22,649 nt of DNA from Okeania sp. (lineage in GTDB: Bacteria; Cyanobacteriota; Cyanobacteriia; Cyanobacteriales; Microcoleaceae), in NCBI RefSeq assembly GCF_035285525.1, contig NZ_JAYKGW010000088.1, positions 1 to 22,649 on the forward strand, given 5' to 3'. This document shows positions 15,490 through 22,649 of the stretch, piece by piece. The notes below the pieces were generated by a model. That model was not told the DNA's origin, did no database searches, and saw nothing but the letters and a program-made list of their open reading frames with translations. Every line of letters starts with the position of its first letter. Positions within the stretch are counted from its first letter, which is position 1. A program made the translations under genes and the position numbers.

Positions 15490-15518
15490 GTAGGGACGTC
15501 CTTATGCAACGTCCCTAC
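15490..15518 (-). terminator. Hairpin of the GTAGGGACGT repeat family downstream of the SGNH hydrolase gene (possible terminator)
   Basis: GTAGGGACGT (15490..15499) pairs with ACGTCCCTAC (15509..15518), a 10-bp stem with a 9-nt loop. There is no clear U-tract. Related copies are at 484..522 and 3800..3815. Confidence 0.4.
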
Positions 15519-15548
15519 TCCCTGCTCTTGTTCCCTACTCCCTACTCC

Positions 15549-16241
15549 CTAATTAATTAATAACTTAAGAGACTCCCAGTTGAGTACATCTTGCAAAAGA
15601 GCTTGATAACCTGCGACATTTGGATGGATTCCATCTGCACAAAGACGCGATCGCCACCAATTTTCTCCCCGACTTAACCATTGTTCAAACACATCCAAAT
15701 AAGGTATTTGTCGCTGTAAACAAGCTAATCTAGTCGCCTCTTTATATTTATATTGGTCATTATGACTATAATATAAACAACCTTGAAAAGGCATTTTAGT
15801 TTCATCAACAGGAACCATTCCCACAAACACTACAGGACAAAGTTGTTTTGATTTATCCAATAACTCATCTAAAATCACTTTAAATTGAAAAAAATCGGTA
15901 TAGTAACGCCCATTTGGTCTTTGGACTCTCGCAGAATCATTTACCCCTACAGAAAGAAAGATAATATCTGGCTGACGATTTCTTAATTCTCCCCGATGGT
16001 GAAACTCATGTTCTAGCCTTTGCTCTACTTGCCAAACTCTGTTTCCACGGACTCCCAAATTATACAATACATGGCCAGAATTATTAGGTACCATCCAATG
16101 TCGTCGTAGTCTTTCTACCCAGCCACCACCTTCATAATCCCCAAAACCATAAACTATACTGTCTCCTAAAGCGACTATTTTGAGGGAGTGATGATGAGTC
16201 TGAGAAAATTCTCTTGAAGTTGGAGGAGATGCTATTAACAT
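15549..16241 (-). CDS. SGNH/GDSL-family hydrolase
   Basis: Block I is KIVALGDSIVYG, block III is GVND, and block V is DGIHPN near the C-terminus. The ORF is 230 aa. Confidence 0.85.
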   Translation of the reverse strand: MLIASPPTSREFSQTHHHSLKIVALGDSIVYGFGDYEGGGWVERLRRHWMVPNNSGHVLYNLGVRGNRVWQVEQRLEHEFHHRGELRNRQPDIIFLSVGVNDSARVQRPNGRYYTDFFQFKVILDELLDKSKQLCPVVFVGMVPVDETKMPFQGCLYYSHNDQYKYKEATRLACLQRQIPYLDVFEQWLSRGENWWRSRLCADGIHPNVAGYQALLQDVLNWESLKLLIN

Positions 16242-16472
16242 AAGTAATAAAAATTAATTTAATTAATAAATTTTATTAAAATCTATTAATATTTTGTTAC
16301 ACATTAAATTAAATGAATATATTATCATTGACTAGACTATAATTAAAAGTATTTAGTTAAAGTTGTTAATATAGATACATAATAATTAAGACTTATGCAA
16401 AAGATTTATTTGACAAATGAATTTCTGAGCGTAATTCCTAATTATTGAGACTAATTTTAAGATTGATCCAAA

Positions 16473-16718
16473 ATGCAAAAGCAACCTAGCGTTAATTCAG
16501 CAGAACTAAGTCGTAGAGCTGAGGAGCTAATCAAAGCTTCTTCTAATCGTTACCGGGCGGTAGTACAAGTAGCTAATCGTGCCAAGCGTCGTCGTTATGA
16601 GGACTTTGAGAATTTTGATGAGCAAACGGTTAAACCAGTCATCCGCGCTGTGTTGGAAATGTCTGATGAGTTGATGCAGCCAGAAATAATTAGTGACGTT
16701 GGCAGTAGTATGGAGTAG
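16473..16718 (+). CDS. rpoZ: DNA-directed RNA polymerase subunit omega
   Basis: The 81-aa ORF has the cyanobacterial RpoZ signature [31 protein letters not shown]...KPV.RA..EMSDEL.QPEII. Confidence 0.9.
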   Translation: MQKQPSVNSAELSRRAEELIKASSNRYRAVVQVANRAKRRRYEDFENFDEQTVKPVIRAVLEMSDELMQPEIISDVGSSME

Positions 16719-16741
16719 TTGGTAGTTAGTCGAGAATAGCC

Positions 16742-17398
16742 ATGAAAAAAAGGCAATGGCTCAAATATTTCCAGATTAGTCTAATAACAACAGTGGTTTG
16801 GGCTGGTATTGAACTTTGTTGGACTTCTTTAGCAAGTACAGCAATCCATTCCACTCCTTTATTAGAACATCAGTTTGTCAAAGTCACAAACCACAAAAAT
16901 TCTCAAGACCCAATCAAAATTGTTCAAAGGCGAATTAGGCCAACTGAAGTGGGGCCGTTTGTATATGAAGAAATGCCTGATTTGCCATTGGAAAATAATT
17001 ATATATCTCAGGAAACTGGGGAGGTAAAGACAGATGATACTTTAGTATCTCGTTTAATTAGGTATCATTTTTATGTTAAGGGTCGGGCACCAAATTATCG
17101 GTTTGATTGGAAATTGACATTAGCAGATTATTTGGGATTTAATGATTATCTAGAATTATCGGTTTATCCAGGCAATAATTCTTTGACAGAAAATCCGATG
17201 AAGGGCGATCGCCAAGCGGTTAAAAATTTAACTCGTTCTCAGAGAAATGCTTTAGTTGATAAGTTAGTAGAAATGTTTGGAGGCGACCCCAAACCCCCAT
17301 CTATACCAAAAATAAATCAGGAAAATAATTCTGGACAGTCAGTTCCAAGAGCGCCGATAGTTCCCCAACCAGGAGATGCAGATTTGCTTAAACCTTAA
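16742..17398 (+). CDS. Hypothetical protein with N-terminal signal/anchor segment
   Basis: The 218-aa ORF starts 23 nt after rpoZ, so it is probably co-transcribed. It has a hydrophobic N-terminus (ISLITTVVWAGIELCW). I recognise no family. Confidence 0.6.
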   Translation: MKKRQWLKYFQISLITTVVWAGIELCWTSLASTAIHSTPLLEHQFVKVTNHKNSQDPIKIVQRRIRPTEVGPFVYEEMPDLPLENNYISQETGEVKTDDTLVSRLIRYHFYVKGRAPNYRFDWKLTLADYLGFNDYLELSVYPGNNSLTENPMKGDRQAVKNLTRSQRNALVDKLVEMFGGDPKPPSIPKINQENNSGQSVPRAPIVPQPGDADLLKP

Positions 17399-17423
17399 AT
17401 TATACCGTTTTAGGAAATTCACA

Positions 17424-17573
17424 ATTAAAAATTGAAAATTGAAAAGTAAGATTTTACGGAAGTCAAAGTTAAAAATTGAAAATTAAAAATTAAAAAGTAA
17501 GATTTGATAGACCTAAAACTTTATGGAATTCAAAATTCAAAAGTCAGATTTTATAGACCCAAAACTTTGACGC
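17424..17573. repeat. Degenerate tandem repeat of about 50 nt, x3 (AAAATTGAAAATTGAAAAGTAAGATTTTA...)
   Basis: Direct reading gives three related units starting at about 17424, 17471 and 17528. Confidence 0.8.
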
Positions 17574-17622
17574 CGCAGTGATTTGACTCAATTATTCAAC
17601 ATCTCAAAGTTGGAAAACTATT

Positions 17623-17991
17623 ATGGAACGAATAGTCAAAAGTGGAGCTGGTTGGCGGTTAGGTTGGAACCCTCAAGAACTAGATTTTCAGGGTTTAGTG
17701 GGAGGGGATGATTGGTCAATAGAACTAACAGCAGAGGAACTAGGTGATTTTTGTCGATTATTAGACCAGTTAAGCAAAACTATTAGTCAGATGGCGGATG
17801 AGTTAATGGATGAGGAAAAGATAGCCTGTGAAGCTGAGAGTGACTTACTATGGATGCAAGTGGAAGGTTTCCCTGAAAGTTATACTGTTCAGTTTATTTT
17901 AAATCAAGGCCGTAGGGGTGAGGGAAAATGGTCTGTGGAAGCTGTAACTGGTTTAGTCCCAGCAGCAGCCATGTTAAAAATTTTATGTTAG
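17623..17991 (+). CDS. Conserved cyanobacterial hypothetical protein (DUF1818-like, assignment from memory)
   Basis: The 122-aa ORF begins MERIVKSGAGWRLGWNPQ...GLVGGDDWSIELTAEELGDFCRL, which resembles DUF1818 proteins. Confidence 0.6.
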   Translation: MERIVKSGAGWRLGWNPQELDFQGLVGGDDWSIELTAEELGDFCRLLDQLSKTISQMADELMDEEKIACEAESDLLWMQVEGFPESYTVQFILNQGRRGEGKWSVEAVTGLVPAAAMLKILC

Positions 17992-17997
17992 GAAGTA

Positions 17998-18123
17998 ATA
18001 CTAAATCCGGTAGTATTGGTGTAAAAAGAGTTTGGCAAGGGTAGGAAGTGTGGAGAGTATGGGGAGATATGGTAATAGTTGACAATAGAACATTTTTTTT
18101 ACCAAATTCAAGGGATTTGATAT
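17998..18123. mobile_element. Degenerate MITE related to 9014..9158
   Basis: The left end ATACTAAATCCGGTAGTATTGGT and right end ACCAAATTCAAGGGATTTGATAT are imperfect inverted repeats. They share the ATAT/CAAATCC terminus with 9014..9158. Confidence 0.45.
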
Positions 18124-18440
18124 AACAACTAAGGGAATAGTAAAATATAAATTATCCCTACTCCCTACTCCCTACTCCCTATTTTCGTAACTAATGGGAT
18201 ATTTTTTTACATGAAAGTCCCTTGATGTTGAGCAAGCTACGTTCCATGCTGCGCAACCCTAACGGGAACAATCCAACCTAAATCTACTTATTCCTTTTTA
18301 CTACTCCCTACTCCCTATTTTCGTAATTATTTGATATGTTATGTGTCAATATGCTATGATTCAGAAATGTGTCTGAAAATATTTTGAGCAAAATAGCTTG
18401 TCAAAATATAATAGAACATGATATTCTAGACAAAGATTAA

Positions 18441-18514
18441 CGGGGCGTAGCGCAGCTTGGTAGCGCACCACTTTGGGGTAGTGGGGGTCGTGGGTTCAAA
18501 TCCCGCCGCTCCGA
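18441..18514 (+). tRNA. trnP: tRNA-Pro (anticodon GGG)
   Basis: I folded the cloverleaf by hand. The acceptor stem is CGGGGCG/CGCTCCG (one G-U pair). The D stem is GCGC/GCGC. The anticodon stem is CCACT/AGTGG with loop TTGGGGT. The variable loop is GGGTC. The T arm is GTGGG-TTCAAAT-CCCGC, the discriminator is A, and no CCA is encoded. The gene is 74 nt. Confidence 0.95.
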
Positions 18515-18681
18515 TTCAAAACAAATTTTCAGAATAGTAAGGGCTAATTACAGAAGCCAAATAATTGGACCAACTTAGACAAATATTAAGAAATATTAAA
18601 AATCTCCTGATGATTTGCTATCATACACTCATTCATCTAATTTGATTACCATAGACTTTTTTTCATGGTTTACCCGTTTAA

Positions 18682-18800
18682 ATGCAATCAATCAAAACCA
18701 AATTAAAAGTTAACAATAAACAAAAAAGGATACTGGCCAAACACGCAGGTGTGGCTCGTCATGCTTATAACTGGGGATTAGCGACTTGTATTACTGAGTA
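18682..18800 (+). pseudogene. TnpB N-terminal stub (about 40 codons)
   Basis: MQSIKTKLKVNNKQKRILAKHAGVARHAYNWGLA... matches the usual N-terminus of one TnpB/OrfB subgroup. The similarity ends around 18800, where the composition switches to GC-rich. A small hairpin ACCAT...ATGGT lies just upstream (18650..18671). Confidence 0.55.
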
Positions 18801-19300
18801 CGAAGAGACCTGCCAAGGGAAGGCAGACTCCCGACCTGGCCACACCGAGCTAGACCTTTCTACTAGCAGAGTGAAGCTGGCAACAGGCCCCAACCAGAGC
18901 GTATAGTGGTAGGCACACTGGGGGTAATGGGGAGACGGCATGGGTATCGGGGCGGAATGTCCTGAAAAAGCGTCTTAAACCACGGCAAGAGCCACCTCTT
19001 ATCTCTTGACCGCACACGAGGAACTCCCGCGTCAATATTTTAGCGTTAGACGCATCCCTGGGAATCGTGTAGGCGACATTGGACAGCCCTAAACCGTCAA
19101 AACAATCTGTAACTCGGAACGAGGAAAAAACAGCAAGTAAGTCTGGTCATGTTGGTTTTGTGGTCAGTAGGAGGGAAGCTCGGAACTCTTGCTTGACGGG
19201 TAGGATGGGGGGAACACTCATTGCCCCCGGAAGCCCTTGAAACTGCATTATGGGAGAGAGATGATATTTGGGCACATGGCTAGACCATAGTGAAATTTCC
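18801..19300. other. GC-rich, ORF-free, hairpin-dense block of unknown nature (candidate structured RNA or foreign fragment)
   Basis: GC is about 50-58% in the lines I counted, against about 28% at 18541..18600. There are stops in all six frames apart from two implausible ORFs of 61 and 74 aa. Local helices are CTGCC/GGCAG (18810..18826), GCTAG/CTAGC (18849..18867), GGCAAGAG/CTCTTG-CC (18984..19011), GGGGG/CCCCC (19207..19228), plus a possible long-range GCGTCT/AGACGC (18970..18975 with 19048..19053). Confidence 0.4.
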
Positions 19301-19329
19301 CCTAAAAAGGGCCTTGTTAGACACATGAT

Positions 19330-19869
19330 TCAACTTACCATAAGTGTAAGCTTTATCAAATAATATATACGAGTCTTCCTAGTAGATATCATCCCAAGTT
19401 AAAGCGATCGCCTCTTCCGGTCCGCAACCCGTGTAGGCCAAAAAAGTAAGATAGGGGTGATAAAAAGACTGTTTATCATTAGTTTCAAAATAGTTTAAGA
19501 TAGCATTCACTTCAGCCTGGCCCCAGCCTGTTTACTTTTACTCTCTGTATCAGTCTTCTTCCACAAGGTTTCTTTTGGCTTTTTAGGCTCATGTCTCAAT
19601 GAATACTTGGCCAAAGTAGTGTCCTATTCTCCAAAACCCAAAGCTGCTTTGTTGATATCTGTATCAGTTTCCTTAGCTTTGGCTTTCGCTAAGTTAAGTC
19701 CACCTTCCGTATTGATGGCACAGACAACTAGAGATCGCCTCATACCCTCAAAAGTCCACCTGAGCCTATAATAACTTTTGTAAACTTCGATGTTGACCCC
19801 ACCTTGTTTCCATGTATTTTGTCTTTTATTTTTTGCCATAAGCATAAGCATATACCGAATTTGTACCAA
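19330..19869 (-). pseudogene. Tyrosine recombinase (phage-type integrase) pseudogene, N-terminal half only
   Basis: The N-terminal arm-type region reads VNIEVYKSYYRLRWTFEGMRRSLV...AKAKAKETDTDI. There is an in-frame TAG at 19624..19626. An 11-nt direct duplication (CAGCCTG at 19513 and 19524) shifts the frame. The sequence then reads EVNAILNYFETNDKQSFYHPYLTFLAYTGCGPEEAIALTWDDIY*, with Gly (19421..19423) where the catalytic Arg is expected and a second TAG at 19379..19381. There is no H-R-Y half. Confidence 0.7.
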
Positions 19870-20103
19870 TAAAGGAAAAATCTAAATACTAAAGCCTATA
19901 AAGGCTCTAGTATTCCCCTTATTGCTGGGCATTTGCTTATTTTGGAACTCTAAATTGAATTGACATACTCCCGACGGGCTGACGCGAAAAAGAGCGATTA
20001 TTCAGCCAGAGAAGCCCTGATCGCTGTTTATACAGAGATGATGTCCTCTCGCTGTGTTAAACTTTACAATAACAAAATTATTCTAGCTTGTCAAGGGCTT
20101 ATG

Positions 20104-20185
20104 AAGGTATCCGAATCCTGGCCCTGGCTTTCCCATAGGACGCTCCCCTGCTGGAGAGCGCGGGACTTCTCGCCAGGGAAGTTAA
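20104..20185. repeat. 82-nt dispersed structured repeat, copy 2
   Basis: It aligns without gaps with 1574..1655 (see that entry) and lies 22 nt upstream of the tRNA-Pro remnant. Confidence 0.85.
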
Positions 20186-20207
20186 TTTACAGTAAAAACC
20201 AGGTTTT

Positions 20208-20255
20208 ACCACTTTGGGGTAGTGGAGGTCTTGGGTTCAAATCCTGTCGCTCCGA
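20208..20255 (+). pseudogene. Duplicated 3' half of tRNA-Pro (att-site remnant)
   Basis: ACCACTTTGGGGTAGTGGAGGTCTTGGGTTCAAATCCTGTCGCTCCGA matches 18467..18514 at 44 of 48 positions. There is no 5' half. Flank similarity (AAATTTTCA) continues about 20 nt downstream in both copies. Confidence 0.85.
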
Positions 20256-20558
20256 TTAAAAGGAAATTTTCACGAAGATAGAGTAGTGTCGTCACAGCTC
20301 TGGTTAAAACAGCAAGAGAGAATGAATAGTATCCTACAGGATGCTTATTCGTTTTCTATTTTCACATTTTTAAAGCCAACATAACACTCATCAGCAATTT
20401 TTGATGAAAGCTTAATTTTTGTGCTAGAAGTAGGAAATTAAGTCAATATCAGATTAGAGATTTTCACTGCCTTCTGGTAATATATATATTTTCTTTTAAA
20501 TCAGATAAATCAGAAGTAGAAGAAAATCTAAAAATAAAAAATAAAAATATAAATTGAT

Positions 20559-22649
20559 ATGAGTGTTAGAGTTCGTTTAGCCCCAAGCCCAACAGGAAAT
20601 TTACATATCGGTACAGCCAGAACTGCTGTCTTTAATTGGTTGTTTGCACGGAACCAAAAGGGAAAATTTATCCTGAGAATAGAAGATACAGATGTAGAGC
20701 GATCGCGTACAGAATATACAGACAATATTATGGAGGGACTAAGCTGGTTAGGATTAGAATGGGATGAAGGGCCATTCTATCAGTCCCAACGTTTAGAACT
20801 ATACCAGAAAGCGACTCAAGAATTACTAGACAAAGGATTAGCTTATCGCTGTTATTGTACAGCAGCCGAACTAGAGGAAATGCGGGAAGCCCAGAAAGGG
20901 AGAAAAGAAGCACCCCGCTACGATAACCGCCACCGTAACCTCACACCGAAACAACAAGCAGCATTTGAAGCAGAAGGAAGGGAGCCAGTAATTCGCTTCA
21001 AAATAGATGATGAGCGGATAATTAGCTGGAATGATATGGTTCGGGGGAAAGTAACCTGGAAAGGCAGCGATCTAGGTGGAGATATGGTTATTTCTAGGGC
21101 TGCAAGTGGGGGTAAAATAGGACAAGCTCTCTACAACATGGCAGTGGTAGTAGATGATATGGATATGAAAATTACCCATGTGATTCGGGGTGAAGACCAT
21201 ATTGCTAATACAGCTAAACAAATATTATTGTATGAAGCCTTAGAGGGAAAAGTACCAATATTTGGGCATACTCCTCTAATTTTGAATAAAGAAGGGCGAA
21301 AGTTGTCAAAACGGGATGGAGTAACTTCAATTTCTGATTTTAAAGAATTAGGTTTTACTCCCGAAGCGCTAGCAAATTATATGTGTTTACTTGGGTGGAC
21401 GCCTCCAGATGCAACCCAAGAAATATTTACTTTAGCAGAAGCAGCAGAAAAGTTTAGTTTTGTCAGAGTGAATAAAGCAGGTGCTAAGTTTGACTGGGAT
21501 AAGTTGGATTGGATTAGCAGTCAATATTTACATAGTCTACCAATAAAAGAACTGACAGATAAATTAATTCCCGTTTGGCAAAAAGCAGGATATGAATTAG
21601 ATCCAAAAGGCGATCGCTCTTGGTTAGAACAACTAACAACATTAATAGGACCAAGTTTGACTCGTCTGGTAGATGCAGTGGAAATGAGTAAGTTATTTTT
21701 CTCGCGTACTGTAGAACTGGATGAAAAAGCAGCAGCACAAATGCAGGATGAAAATTCTGTTAAGTCTATTATTTGTCTTCTAGAAATGATAGATGTTGAT
21801 GCACCTCTGGAAGTTAGTGATGCACAGCAAACTATTAAACAAGTTACTCAAAAGGTTAATGTCAAGAAAGGTATTGTGATGAAATCCTTGAGAGCATCTT
21901 TAACAGGTGCTATGCAAGGGCCTGATTTAATTCAGTCATGGTTATTACTGCATCAAAAGGGTTTTGATATATTAAGGTTTCAAAAATCTCTAGGCCAGGA
22001 AATTGAGAAAAAGAGTATAACAGAGGAAAAAGAGACAAAAACCTCAGTTTCAACTAACCAAACTCCAGAACTGACTGTAGAAAAAGGGAGAAAAATCTCA
22101 GCATCACCATCATTAGCAACTCTTACTCCAAAAGTTGCTACTCCAACTACTCCTCCGGTAGTAGATAAAGGTAAAGCACCAGAAACTAAAACTGTAACTC
22201 CAACTACTCCTCCGGTAGTAGATAAAGGTAAGGTAGCAGAAACTAAAGTTGCGACGCCAACTACTCCTCCGGTAGTAGATAAAGATAAGGTAGCAGAAAC
22301 TAAAGTTGCGACGCCAACTACTCCTCCGGTAGTAGATAAAGGTAAAGCACCAGAAACTAAAGTTGCGACGCCAACTACTCCTCCGGTAGTAGATAAAGGT
22401 AAAGCACCAGAAACTAAAGTTGCAACTTCAGCAACTTCTACTCCGGTAGTAGATAAAGGTAAGGTGGCAGAAACTAAAGTTGCGACGCCAACTACTCCTC
22501 CGGTAGTAGATAAAGGTAAAGCACCAGAAACTAAAACTGTAACTCCAACTACTCCTCCGGTAGTAGATAAAGGTAAAGCACCAGAAACTAAAGTTGCGAC
22601 GCCAACTACTCCTCCGGTAGTAGATAAAGGTAAGGTAGCAGAAACTAAA
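20559..22649 (+). CDS. gltX: Glutamate--tRNA ligase (GluRS) with a long repetitive C-terminal extension; ORF open at the window end
   Basis: I translated this by hand with no in-frame stop from ATG 20559 to 22649 (697 codons). The HIGH motif is [13 protein letters not shown] and the KMSKS motif is RKLSKRDG. The canonical body ends near ...[18 protein letters not shown] (about codon 477). A K/E/T/S-rich linker follows, then 19-aa repeats. It is absent from the ORF track because no stop lies in the window. Confidence 0.95.
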   Translation, partial: MSVRVRLAPSPTGNLHIGTARTAVFNWLFARNQKGKFILRIEDTDVERSRTEYTDNIMEGLSWLGLEWDEGPFYQSQRLELYQKATQELLDKGLAYRCYCTAAELEEMREAQKGRKEAPRYDNRHRNLTPKQQAAFEAEGREPVIRFKIDDERIISWNDMVRGKVTWKGSDLGGDMVISRAASGGKIGQALYNMAVVVDDMDMKITHVIRGEDHIANTAKQILLYEALEGKVPIFGHTPLILNKEGRKLSKRDGVTSISDFKELGFTPEALANYMCLLGWTPPDATQEIFTLAEAAEKFSFVRVNKAGAKFDWDKLDWISSQYLHSLPIKELTDKLIPVWQKAGYELDPKGDRSWLEQLTTLIGPSLTRLVDAVEMSKLFFSRTVELDEKAAAQMQDENSVKSIICLLEMIDVDAPLEVSDAQQTIKQVTQKVNVKKGIVMKSLRASLTGAMQGPDLIQSWLLLHQKGFDILRFQKSLGQEIEKKSITEEKETKTSVSTNQTPELTVEKGRKISASPSLATLTPKVATPTTPPVVDKGKAPETKTVTPTTPPVVDKGKVAETKVATPTTPPVVDKDKVAETKVATPTTPPVVDKGKAPETKVATPTTPPVVDKGKAPETKVATSATSTPVVDKGKVAETKVATPTTPPVVDKGKAPETKTVTPTTPPVVDKGKAPETKVATPTTPPVVDKGKVAETK
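22143..22649 (+). repeat. 57-bp tandem repeat array (8 full units plus 1 partial; one unit is 60 bp) inside the gltX ORF
   Basis: Units start at 22143, 22200, 22257, 22314, 22371, 22428 (a 60-bp variant), 22488, 22545 and 22602. The consensus CCAACTACTCCTCCGGTAGTAGATAAAGGTAA(A/G)G(C/T)A(C/G)CAGAAACTAAA(G/A)(T/C)TG(C/T)(G/A)AC(G/T) encodes [11 protein letters not shown](AP/VA)ETK(VA/TV)T. Confidence 0.95.

Noticed and set aside
18607-18613. CUGAUGA hammerhead-core string
   Set aside because: No flanking stems and no CGAAA partner lie within a plausible distance.
18801-19300. Group II or group I intron hypothesis for the GC-rich block
   Set aside because: Neither strand has a GUGYG 5' end at a sensible boundary. 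There is no 34-nt domain V hairpin with an AGC triad and GNRA loop, and no RT/maturase ORF. The loose resemblances to group I P7/R-S elements (GCAGACUCCCGAC, CCCUAAACCGUCAA) are too far apart and too weak.
19960-20259. ORF 19960..20259 (+, 99 aa)
   Set aside because: It runs through the 82-nt dispersed repeat and the tRNA-Pro remnant, so it is not credible as a gene.
20528-21738. ORFs 20528..20725, 20728..20913 and 21514..21738 (all -)
   Set aside because: They are antisense shadows within gltX.
17424-22649. CRISPR array interpretation of the tandem repeats at 17424..17573 and 22143..22649 (and 14542..14773)
   Set aside because: The units are contiguous with no unique spacers. The 57-bp array is in-frame coding sequence, and the others are AT-rich degenerate repeats. 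No cas genes are present.

Overview
This looks like a chromosomal segment of a filamentous, Nostocales-type cyanobacterium. It is AT-rich, has many HIP1 (GCGATCGC) sites and heptameric STRR arrays, and its intergenic DNA is packed with small palindromic or MITE-like repeats. The backbone is housekeeping: a DUF2079 membrane protein, sasA, an O-antigen-ligase-family protein, crtR, pyk, an SGNH hydrolase, rpoZ, two conserved hypotheticals, tRNA-Pro(GGG) and gltX, which runs off the right edge. Accessory or decaying content is as follows. There is a UPF0175/DUF3368(PIN) toxin-antitoxin pair. A Uma2-family pseudogene sits inside a 202-bp direct duplication. A TnpB-only IS200/IS605-type element carries an in-frame internal deletion just upstream of pyk. 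A 1.7-kb wreck of an integrative element is bounded by tRNA-Pro and a duplicated tRNA 3' half, and holds an integrase pseudogene, a TnpB N-terminal stub and a GC-rich ORF-free block. I could not find a coherent multi-gene defence or other novel system. The items most worth a second look are the unexplained GC-rich, hairpin-rich block at 18801..19300; a 6S-RNA-like GC-rich locus at about 3945..4170 (minus strand); a 57-bp (19-aa) tandem array fused in frame to the C-terminus of GluRS; repeat insertions kept in frame inside two membrane-protein genes; the TnpB deletion derivative with its retained right end; and a 117-bp tandem unit downstream of pyk. All family assignments come from motif reading by eye. 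No database search was run.
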